34,624 bases of DNA from an uncultured Ruminococcus sp. (GTDB lineage Bacteria > Bacillota > Clostridia > Oscillospirales > CAG-272), in the NCBI GenBank assembly GCA_902796675.1, contig CADBQA010000111.1, forward strand, positions 1 to 34,624, in the 5' to 3' direction. Below are positions 26,818-34,624 of the stretch, one piece after another. Each line of letters opens with the position of its first letter. The stretch's first letter is position 1. Both the position numbers and the translations under genes were made by a program. Under the pieces are notes generated by a model. The model saw only the letters and a program-made list of their open reading frames with translations. It ran no database searches and was not told the DNA's origin.

Positions 26818-28716
26818 GTGAAAAAGCTTTTTTGTCTTACGCTCGCATTTCTGACCTTTGCGCTGGCGCTTCCCGCGGGCGCCGTGACCGGTCAGACGTC
26901 CGAGTCCTCATCGGTGATTTATCCCGGTGTAACGATGACTCATATAACGACGAAATCCGGCACGAAATACGGTCTTCAGGATATGAGGATAGTAGAGTTC
27001 GACCCGAAGGACGAAGGGCTGAGCTTGTCGGTCGCGACGGGATATTCCGCGCTGAACTCCCTCTCGACGGTATCGAACACGGTCTCGCGCTGGAGCGCCG
27101 CCAACCCCGACAGGGCGCCTCTCGTCGCGATAAACGGCGACTGGTTCACCGTGGGATACGACGATTACAGCTCCGCGACTTCGAAGAAACAGCTTTACCT
27201 TCCTCTCGGCTTCAATATGCACGGAGGCGAGATAGTCTGCACTCAGCAGACATCGAAGGAGTCGCCACACACAACAGAGCGCGGAAACGCGCCGTCGTTC
27301 GGCGTCACGCCCGACGGAACTCCGCTTATCGGCTGTATATGGACGACGACAACGATGAACTTCAGAACGAAGGCGATCGCGATCGACGGCATAAACCGCC
27401 TCCCCTCCGACAACTCCCTCATTATGTATACGGACAAGGGTCCGTCGTCAAACTACTGCCTCGACGACGCCTACGAGCTTTACGTCGATTTTTCGGAGGA
27501 CTACGTCGTACGGCACGGTATGAAGGTCGTCGGCACGGTGAGCGCGGTCTCCGCGCCCGGAGAGGCGCGTCAGGCTATAAAAGCAGACAGGATGATAATT
27601 ACCGCGAGAGGCTCGAGGATAGGCGATATTTCGTCCATCCCCGTCGGCACGAAGCTCCGCTTCACGGTGTCGATAGAAGACGCGTACGGCAACACGGACG
27701 CGTGGCGCACCGTTACCGACTGCGTCGGAGGACATCACGAATTTGCCAGAGGCGGCGAGTATTTCGCGGTCGGCGACTCTACAAACTACCCCGCGAACGT
27801 TATAGGCATAACGGCGGAGGGGAAAGTCATCTTCCTCTGCAACGACGGAAGACAATCCGGCTACAGCGTAGGCGTCGCGATCTCGAAAATGCCCGACCTC
27901 GCGCGAGAGCTCGGGATAGTTTCCGGCATCTACATGGACGGCGGCGGCTCGACGACTCTCGTCGCCCGTGAGGGCGGCGCGATGAAGCTCCAAAACCGTC
28001 CGTGCAACAACGGCAACGCCGAACGCTCCGTTTCGAACGCGGTGATACTCTTTGCAAACAGGATAAACACCCCCGACCTCACCTTCGACGCTTCCGCTTA
28101 TTCCCTTCTTCTCGGCTCGACCCACAACGAGACTCTGTCACTTACGGACGGCGGGCTCGCCGTCATCGCGACGGACCCGTTCGATCCCTTCGGAAGTCTC
28201 GATTTGTCCGGCGTTTCAGCTGACGAGTACAAGTATATCGCGTTTGATATAAAGACGAATTACAAGGATCCGAGAGATCAGTTAATAGGTCTTTATCTCG
28301 CCGCGGGAGCGACCCCCGGCGCGACAGAGGGCTGCAAGGCGTCGTTCACTCTTCCGGCGACCGGAGAGAGCGTGCGCCTTTACGTCGACCTGACCTCCCT
28401 CTCTCTTTGGACTGGCGACGTGCACTCCGTCAGGATCGACCTCTTCGACAACGCGACAGGCGGCGAGGCGGGGCGCGGAGTTATCATAAGAGAGATGAAG
28501 TTCTGCAAAACGAAGGCGGAAGCGGAGGAGTTCTGCGATCCCGTCCTTATCGGCGACGTGAACGGCGACGGAAAAATCAATCTGAACGACCTCGCCGACA
28601 TCAAGAAATACCTCGCCGGCGCCGACGGCGTCTTCAACGTCCCCGCCTGCGACGTGAACGGCGACGCCGCCCACAATATCGAAGACCTTTCGGCGATGAA
28701 AAAACTTCTCGCTTGA
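26818..28716 (+). CDS. Secreted phosphodiester glycosidase (NAGPA/DUF2233) with C-terminal dockerin
   Basis: GTG start behind aaggagg; signal peptide; AINGDWF, DGRQSGYSVG, MDGGGSTTL, NRP...ERSVSNA; beta-sandwich segment; dockerin GDVNGDGKINLNDLADIKKYL / DVNGDAAHNIEDLSAMKKLL. Confidence 0.88.
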   Translation: MKKLFCLTLAFLTFALALPAGAVTGQTSESSSVIYPGVTMTHITTKSGTKYGLQDMRIVEFDPKDEGLSLSVATGYSALNSLSTVSNTVSRWSAANPDRAPLVAINGDWFTVGYDDYSSATSKKQLYLPLGFNMHGGEIVCTQQTSKESPHTTERGNAPSFGVTPDGTPLIGCIWTTTTMNFRTKAIAIDGINRLPSDNSLIMYTDKGPSSNYCLDDAYELYVDFSEDYVVRHGMKVVGTVSAVSAPGEARQAIKADRMIITARGSRIGDISSIPVGTKLRFTVSIEDAYGNTDAWRTVTDCVGGHHEFARGGEYFAVGDSTNYPANVIGITAEGKVIFLCNDGRQSGYSVGVAISKMPDLARELGIVSGIYMDGGGSTTLVAREGGAMKLQNRPCNNGNAERSVSNAVILFANRINTPDLTFDASAYSLLLGSTHNETLSLTDGGLAVIATDPFDPFGSLDLSGVSADEYKYIAFDIKTNYKDPRDQLIGLYLAAGATPGATEGCKASFTLPATGESVRLYVDLTSLSLWTGDVHSVRIDLFDNATGGEAGRGVIIREMKFCKTKAEAEEFCDPVLIGDVNGDGKINLNDLADIKKYLAGADGVFNVPACDVNGDAAHNIEDLSAMKKLLA

Positions 28717-28772
28717 AACAGTTTCAACAAGTACATAATAATACATAATAACCAATATGGAGGTAATGAAAT

Positions 28773-29321
28773 ATGGCAAAGAATCAGAATCCCTATTCCG
28801 GAACAAAAACAGAGGCGAACCTTCTCGCGGCGTTCGCCGGAGAGAGCCAGGCGAGAAACAAGTACACCTACTTCGCGTCGAAAGCAAAAAAAGAGGGCTT
28901 TGAGCAGATAGCCGCCCTTTTCCTCAAGACAGCCGACAACGAAAAGGAACACGCGAAGCTCTGGTTCAAGGAGCTCTGCGGTATCGGCACGACGGCGGAG
29001 AACCTCGAGACCGCCGCTGAGGGTGAAAACTTCGAGTGGACCGATATGTACGAGGGCTTTGCAAAGACGGCTGACGAGGAAGGCTTCCACGAGTTGGCGG
29101 AGAAGTTCCGCGGAGTCGCCGCCATCGAAAAGCACCACGAGGAGCGTTACCGCGCCCTTCTCTCAAACGTCGAAGCGCAAAAGGTCTTCGAGAAGAGCGA
29201 GGTCAAGGTCTGGGAGTGCCGCAACTGCGGTCACATCGTCGTCGGTACGAAAGCACCCGAGGTATGCCCCGTCTGCGCCCATCCGCAGAGCTATTTCGAG
29301 ATCAACGCGGAAAATTATTGA
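28773..29321 (+). CDS. rbr: Rubrerythrin
   Basis: [27 protein letters not shown] di-iron motifs; rubredoxin-like CRNCG...CPVC. Confidence 0.96.
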   Translation: MAKNQNPYSGTKTEANLLAAFAGESQARNKYTYFASKAKKEGFEQIAALFLKTADNEKEHAKLWFKELCGIGTTAENLETAAEGENFEWTDMYEGFAKTADEEGFHELAEKFRGVAAIEKHHEERYRALLSNVEAQKVFEKSEVKVWECRNCGHIVVGTKAPEVCPVCAHPQSYFEINAENY

Positions 29322-29331
29322 TCGGCAAACG

Positions 29332-29355
29332 GAAAAAGCCCTTGCGGGCTTTTTC
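29332..29355 (+). terminator. Rho-independent terminator
   Basis: gaaaaagccc-ttgc-gggctttttc. Confidence 0.8.
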
Positions 29356-29383
29356 TTTTATTTTACAGTCGGTAAACGAACTA

Positions 29384-29413
29384 TTGACTTCCGCCTCATT
29401 AATTTGATATAAT
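29384..29413 (+). promoter_or_regulatory. SigA promoter for the S41 peptidase
   Basis: TTGACT-18 nt-TATAAT with extended -10 TG; aaggagg RBS. Confidence 0.65.
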
Positions 29414-29439
29414 ATAGTTGACTTGAAGGAGGTTCAAAG

Positions 29440-31356
29440 ATGAAGAGAATCATTTCCATTATAATTACGGCGGCAATGTTCCTGTCGCTTCCCTTCGCCG
29501 TCGCGGCGGCGAACGGCAAATACGAAAAGCGGGACGTTACGGCTTACCTCTTCTCGCTTGATGAGACGGCAGAGCTCGAGTGCCTCTTTGAGAAAGACGT
29601 AAACCTTCCTTATATAAAACCGGAGGACTTTCTTGACAGGGCGTACGAGATAGATTTTTCGACGAAGAAAAACTCCGACGGCACGTTTACGATCTCGAAC
29701 GAATACGGAGATATGCTTATCGACCCCAAGGCGGATACCCTATACTTCGAGTCGTTCGAGGATTTCGCTTATAACGACGCGAAATCAGCATACGAGCGTC
29801 CGGACGACTTCAATGTGTACATTCTCGACGACGAGATCAAAATGTACACGAAGGACGGCGGCGATCCAAATTCGCTGACGCTCGAGCTGTCGCCCTACGG
29901 CATAGATATCGTCGCCGACGGCGACGACGTTTACATGCCGCTGACGACGGTCTGCGACGTCTTCTCGGTCACTTATCAGACGGCGGTGTATTTGGACGGC
30001 AGCATTTATTTTGTCGGCGTTATGGACCTTGTTTCGGGCGACGGCGCGTACTACGACCAGACCGCGCTTTTTGAGACTGACGAGCGCGACGAACGGCTCA
30101 TTGATTTCACGTACCGCGAGCTGTGCTTCTTTGTCGACAATTTCTACGGCTATCCCGTAAAATGCAAAGCGTCCGACAGCGTCAGAGAGAAGGGATTTGA
30201 CAGGACTCTCGACGAATACAGCGAGCTTTCCGCCAAGGCGAAAGAGCTCATGATGTCAAAAAGCAGAGCGGACCTCTTCAAAGGGCTAATGTACCTCGAC
30301 TCCATTTTCAACGACGGAGGTCACACGACCTTTTCGCTCAATCATCTGAAGGCGCTGGGAGAGTATTTCGGAAGCTCGTTCTCCGATTCGGCGATGGAGA
30401 TAATCCAGCAGGCGTACTCTGATCCCGACGATCCGATAGGAGAATATCTCTACTCGGTTTATGAGGAGGAGCAGTCGTTAATCTATATAAGCAACGCGAA
30501 AATCGAAGCGTTCGACGAAGATTACGAAGAGGTCGGAAGCTGGGACGATATAGTTCTTATGAGAAGCGGAGACACCGTTATTTTCTCGTTTGACGAGTTC
30601 CGCGACGAGACGGTTGCGCCTTTCAAGGAAGCCCTCGATTACGCCGCAGAAAACGGCGTGAAGAACTTCGTCATAGACCTCACGACAAACAGCGGCGGTT
30701 CTTCCGAAACGCTCGTATATATGCTCGATATGATAGGCGGCGACAGCGCGACCTATATTTATAACGAATCCACGGGAAACGTTTTAGAGGGAAATTACCT
30801 CGTCGACCGCAACCTCGACGGAGAATTTGACGAAGCGGACGACGACGTCAGGTACGAGCTCAATTTCGCGATCCTCACGTCCCGAAACTCCTACTCGGCG
30901 GCAAACCTTCTCCCCTGCTACGCAAAGGAACAGGGCATCACCGTCATAGGCGAGAGAAGCGGCGGCGGCACCTGCGCGCTCTCCGTTCAGGCGTTTCCGG
31001 ACTCAATGATGTACGCCCTCTCCGGCGCCGATAAGCTGACGTATAAGAACGGCGAGGACGTCGACGGCGGCGTCGATCCCGACGTTGTGCTAGTTGAAAA
31101 CAACGACTTTTCCGCGCTCTTTGACATCGAGAGGATAAACGAAGCGATCAGCGGGACTCGTCCGGCGCCGTCGACAAAGAACGATCTTCCCGAGACGAAG
31201 CCCGAGACCGATCCGTCGGATAACGGCGGGACGGAGGTCTACGTCGACCGTTCCGTCATAAGCGGCGATACCGCGACGGTGATCGCGCTCGCCGTGCTCG
31301 GCGCCGCCGCGCTCGGTGCAATAGCGGTCATCATTATTTCGAAGAAGCGTTCATAA
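29440..31356 (+). CDS. S41 family peptidase, secreted, with C-terminal membrane anchor
   Basis: Signal peptide; DGGHT, VIDLTTNSGG, SYSAAN (catalytic Ser), IGERSGGG, GVDPD; C-terminal TM helix followed by KKR. Confidence 0.85.
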   Translation: MKRIISIIITAAMFLSLPFAVAAANGKYEKRDVTAYLFSLDETAELECLFEKDVNLPYIKPEDFLDRAYEIDFSTKKNSDGTFTISNEYGDMLIDPKADTLYFESFEDFAYNDAKSAYERPDDFNVYILDDEIKMYTKDGGDPNSLTLELSPYGIDIVADGDDVYMPLTTVCDVFSVTYQTAVYLDGSIYFVGVMDLVSGDGAYYDQTALFETDERDERLIDFTYRELCFFVDNFYGYPVKCKASDSVREKGFDRTLDEYSELSAKAKELMMSKSRADLFKGLMYLDSIFNDGGHTTFSLNHLKALGEYFGSSFSDSAMEIIQQAYSDPDDPIGEYLYSVYEEEQSLIYISNAKIEAFDEDYEEVGSWDDIVLMRSGDTVIFSFDEFRDETVAPFKEALDYAAENGVKNFVIDLTTNSGGSSETLVYMLDMIGGDSATYIYNESTGNVLEGNYLVDRNLDGEFDEADDDVRYELNFAILTSRNSYSAANLLPCYAKEQGITVIGERSGGGTCALSVQAFPDSMMYALSGADKLTYKNGEDVDGGVDPDVVLVENNDFSALFDIERINEAISGTRPAPSTKNDLPETKPETDPSDNGGTEVYVDRSVISGDTATVIALAVLGAAALGAIAVIIISKKRS

Positions 31357-31367
31357 ACATAAAACAG

Positions 31368-31400
31368 AAAAACAGGCTGACCGAAGTCAGCCTGTTTTTT
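31368..31400. terminator. Bidirectional Rho-independent terminator
   Basis: aaaaacaggctgac-cgaa-gtcagcctgttttt. Confidence 0.88.
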
Positions 31401-31419
31401 ATTATATTAATTACTTTAA

Positions 31420-34215
31420 TTACTCGGCGTCCTCAGCCTTCTTGCGTTTCTTTAAGAACATAAGGAGCGCCGCGGTGATAACGAGAGCGATAGCAAGAAC
31501 GAACGGAGCGTTCTCTACTATGACGCCGACGTCGATCGTGGACGTCTTGTTGTTCGTGACTGTCACCTTGTCCGCGCTGTCGGAGATCTTACCGGAAGCG
31601 CCGTCCGCCGTCACCGTGTCGCCGGTCTCTGTTGCGTTGTCAAACGCATAATCGGGCGCATCGTAGCCCTCGACGGTGTAGTCAGCCTCGACTACCGTGT
31701 AGGTGACGCCGTCCGGGACGTTCGTAAACGTTACGGAAGCGCCGTCCTTGATGGAAATCGTTACGCTCTTGTTGCCGGTCCAGCCTTCAGCTCCCGCCGC
31801 AATCGTCTTTTCCGTGCCGTTTTCGGTATACTTGATATCTCCGGTCACGGTCTTTCCCTCGGGTGCGGTGAACGTTACGGTGATGTCGAAGGGCTTGTTT
31901 TTGTCGCCCATGTTGCCGGTAACTTTCTTAGTTACGGTAACTTCGCCCGCGGAGTATTCGTTCGTGAAGCCTTCCGTCTTGTTGTCGGCTGTGTTCGTGT
32001 AGGAGCCGTCGTCGGCGGGAGCCGTCTTGTGGAGCGCCACCTGCGATACCGTCACGCCCGCGCCTCTGAGAACTACCTGAACGTGGAGATAGTAAGTCGT
32101 CGTGTCGTATACGACGCCTGCGGTCGTGCCGGCGGTCTCTTTGACCTCGTACCAGTAGTCGCCGATGCCCGCGTCAGCGCCGGAGTAATCCGGAAGTGTC
32201 GCCGTGACCTCAGCCGCTTCCGTACCCGCTGTGATCGTGTAGGTATCGGGAGTGAATACGGGGATCGCGGTCTTGCCGATCTCGCGGTTGAACGACTTGT
32301 AAGGCTTGACTGTGAAGCTGAGCGTTTCGTTGAGCTTGCCGATAGGGTCGACCTCGTCGCCCGCGTTGTCGTAACCTTCGCCGCCGATATACGTCTTTGT
32401 GAACTTGACTTCCGTGATGGGAGTGAACGTGTATTCCGTTTCGGGTACGGGGAACGTGTAAGTGTCCGTATTGCCGTTGAACGACTCGTACTCGAGCGTT
32501 GCGCTCCTGTTCGTGTCGTGCACGCCGTTCTCGGCGCCGTCCTCTATCTCAAGCTTGTAGGTGAGAGATATGGGTTTGGAATCCTGAACGGGTACGTTTA
32601 TCTTCCACGTGATCGTCTTTGTGCCTTCGTCGTACTCTACAACGTAGGGATAGCTGCCGCCCGTAAGTTCGCCGAAGTTCCACTTGTTCTCGCCGTCGGC
32701 GACGCCTGTAACGGCTACGCCGTCAAGCTTTACCGTGAAGGTGTCGACGCCGTTCTTGATAAGCTCGAATTCATCCGTGATCTCGTCGGTAACGGTACCT
32801 GTCTTGATAAGGTAGTTGATATCGTTTTCGATGGAGTCGAACATATGGTTAATACCGTCGGAATCCGTAGTTAATGCGGCATAATCGGAGACCTCGGGTT
32901 TGAGCATCCAATTCAGAAAACTTGAAGAAATCTGACGTCCGCCGGTATAATCGATAGTATAACCCAAAAAACCGGTGTTATATTTTTCTCCCATGTCAGT
33001 CCAAAGATGTCCTGTTAAATAAGACGCTTTCTGAACCGGGTCGACGTGACCTAAGAAATTGTCTTCATCTACTTTTGAAGTATCAAAAGAGTAGGTTCCG
33101 TCACCGTTATCTTTAAGCTCGTACAGGTTGATGCTCTGATATTTTATACCTTCGTACTTGCTGCCGGGGGTAGGAGTATATTTATAGTATTTTTCAAAGC
33201 GGTGAGCGTCGGTTGTTGTAATAACATTTGTTACGGGTATAACTTCTACCGTACCGCCAAGAGAGGCGCTTTCCGCATAAGCATAAAAAGCCTCCGCGTC
33301 ATATTTACTGTTTCCCCTGAGTTCCTCAAGTATTGCGGGGTCTGCGCTGTAATTGTACAGGCTTTCGTAGTATGAGCTGTCAAACAAAACTCCGGCAACA
33401 GGGGCTGCACCGATATGACCAACGTTAAATACGGATGTGCCCAGCAAACTTTCGAACGCTTCCGGGACGACAAAGCCATAAAGCATCGACGTTTTCACTT
33501 TTTGAGTGACCTGGTTGCCTGTTTGCGGAAAAGTATCTGATTCTTCGCCTCCTGCGTCATGAACATAACTTGCGTTGACCTTCTGCGAATAAATCGTAGT
33601 AGGAACGCCGTCTTTGTCCCAGATATATGTCTTCAGGTCGGAAAGAAGAATGACGTACTTATGGGTATTTGCAACGTCCGCATCTTCAGACAGCCATTTA
33701 TCGGCAACTTTAAGAGCCCCGTGTACGTTAGTACCTCTCGAAGAAGGCGTAAAGCTTGCTTTAGGAAGGTTTATACCGTCCATAATAACACTTGCCGTCG
33801 TTGCCGGATCGTATTTTACAAGCTTTTCGTAAGCGCCGCTTGAAGCAAGGCTTATAGCGTCGTAAGTAATACCCCTGAATTTTACAACACCGACGTTAAC
33901 GTCTACTCCCTGCGCAACGATTCCGTTGAACAATTCCGTTACGCGATTAATGAACAAACCGCTTGCAAGGGAAGTAGAACTTGAATCGTCCATAACGAAG
34001 ACGATGTCGTACTCGTCGGTCTCCTTTACCGCGGGGATCTGGAGTGTTACCTCTGTTTCTTTTACACTGTCACTGAGTTCTGTGGGAGTCGCCACCTTGG
34101 ATCCGGTTATGCCGGAGTCCGCGGCAAAGGCCGCGACTGCGCCGGAGATGATCATAACAAAAGTCAGAACAACAGAGATAAGTGCGAATGATGTCTTTTT
34201 TCCTGCGCTAATCAT
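31420..34215 (-). CDS. vWA-domain pilin-like surface adhesin with isopeptide/CnaB-type stalk domains and cell-wall sorting signal
   Basis: Signal peptide; MIDAS D-D-S-S-S...T...D; stalk motifs 'YEVKETAGTTAGVVYD...FTNEY' and 'VTKKVTGNMGDKNKPF'; C-terminal IDVGV + hydrophobic helix + KKRKK. Start at 34215 behind gaaagga. Confidence 0.8.
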   Translation of the reverse strand: MISAGKKTSFALISVVLTFVMIISGAVAAFAADSGITGSKVATPTELSDSVKETEVTLQIPAVKETDEYDIVFVMDDSSSTSLASGLFINRVTELFNGIVAQGVDVNVGVVKFRGITYDAISLASSGAYEKLVKYDPATTASVIMDGINLPKASFTPSSRGTNVHGALKVADKWLSEDADVANTHKYVILLSDLKTYIWDKDGVPTTIYSQKVNASYVHDAGGEESDTFPQTGNQVTQKVKTSMLYGFVVPEAFESLLGTSVFNVGHIGAAPVAGVLFDSSYYESLYNYSADPAILEELRGNSKYDAEAFYAYAESASLGGTVEVIPVTNVITTTDAHRFEKYYKYTPTPGSKYEGIKYQSINLYELKDNGDGTYSFDTSKVDEDNFLGHVDPVQKASYLTGHLWTDMGEKYNTGFLGYTIDYTGGRQISSSFLNWMLKPEVSDYAALTTDSDGINHMFDSIENDINYLIKTGTVTDEITDEFELIKNGVDTFTVKLDGVAVTGVADGENKWNFGELTGGSYPYVVEYDEGTKTITWKINVPVQDSKPISLTYKLEIEDGAENGVHDTNRSATLEYESFNGNTDTYTFPVPETEYTFTPITEVKFTKTYIGGEGYDNAGDEVDPIGKLNETLSFTVKPYKSFNREIGKTAIPVFTPDTYTITAGTEAAEVTATLPDYSGADAGIGDYWYEVKETAGTTAGVVYDTTTYYLHVQVVLRGAGVTVSQVALHKTAPADDGSYTNTADNKTEGFTNEYSAGEVTVTKKVTGNMGDKNKPFDITVTFTAPEGKTVTGDIKYTENGTEKTIAAGAEGWTGNKSVTISIKDGASVTFTNVPDGVTYTVVEADYTVEGYDAPDYAFDNATETGDTVTADGASGKISDSADKVTVTNNKTSTIDVGVIVENAPFVLAIALVITAALLMFLKKRKKAEDAE

Positions 34216-34380
34216 TAATTTTGTCCTTTCATGGATATATAATATGCTAATATACATTACAAAAATTATATTACAAAAATATGAACAAATTATTTCAAAA
34301 AAATAAATTAATTATTTATTCTAATTATTTTTGACAATAATAACAATATTTTTAAGTTCAATCTTTATTATCCAAAGACG

Positions 34381-34455
34381 TGAGACAGAGCGAGAGAAAC
34401 GCGGAAAGATTTGAAGATCTCACCGCGGCAGGCATTTTGCCCGCCGCTCTTTTTT
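34381..34455 (+). repeat. Structured dispersed repeat, internally deleted copy
   Basis: Homologous to 20-145 but lacks the 51 nt equivalent to 73-123. Confidence 0.75.
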
Positions 34456-34464
34456 ATACCGACA

Positions 34465-34575
34465 CGGCTCGATGTGGGCATCGAGCCCTACGGATTTGCT
34501 GTCTCGGCTCGATGTGGGCATCGAGCCCTACGGATGTGGGCATCGAGCCCTACGGATGTGGGCATCGAGCCCTAC
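34465..34575 (-). repeat. REP cluster (two full and two truncated GTAG-type REPs)
   Basis: cggctcgatgtgggcatcgagccctac at 34465-34491 and 34505-34531; gatgtgggcatcgagccctac at 34533-34553 and 34555-34575 (22-nt period). Confidence 0.88.
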
Positions 34576-34624
34576 TACCGCTCCCCTTCGATTCCTCTCA
34601 AATCCAAAAACAGAAGAAAAAAAC

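Noticed and set aside
31186-31200. LPETK as a sortase motif in the S41 peptidase
   Set aside because: Lacks the Gly and lies ~25 aa before the TM helix, within a Pro/Thr linker
34465-34575. CRISPR array
   Set aside because: Spacers are 13 nt or absent, there are no cas genes, and the unit has the GTAG-hairpin REP signature

Overview
A GC-rich chromosomal segment from a spore-forming Clostridia-type bacterium, inferred from the spo0A, spoIVA and spoIIQ-like genes. It is probably a whole contig broken at repeats, because both ends carry the same structured repeat plus GTAG-type REP palindromes. Left half: a PrsA-like foldase, three small hypothetical genes behind a mother-cell-type promoter, spo0A, an M23/SpoIIQ-like gene, thyA, an in-frame DHFR-aspartate racemase fusion joined at an A9 run, a GHL10 hydrolase, a CapA-NAGPA-hypothetical-PAP2 operon, spoIVA, tgt and a XerC-type recombinase. 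Right half: a ~9 kb tandem array of four secreted paralogues (signal peptide + N-terminal type I dockerin + Cys-rich DUF4838-like barrel) with microsatellite-filled spacers. Divergent from it are a GH3 gene and a dockerin-bearing phosphodiester glycosidase, followed by rubrerythrin, an S41 peptidase and a pilin-like vWA adhesin with a low-GC head. The best candidate for an undescribed system is a non-cellulolytic, cellulosome-like complex of dockerin-tagged enzymes that may act on GlcNAc linkages. All family calls come from motif recognition by eye; no database searches were run.
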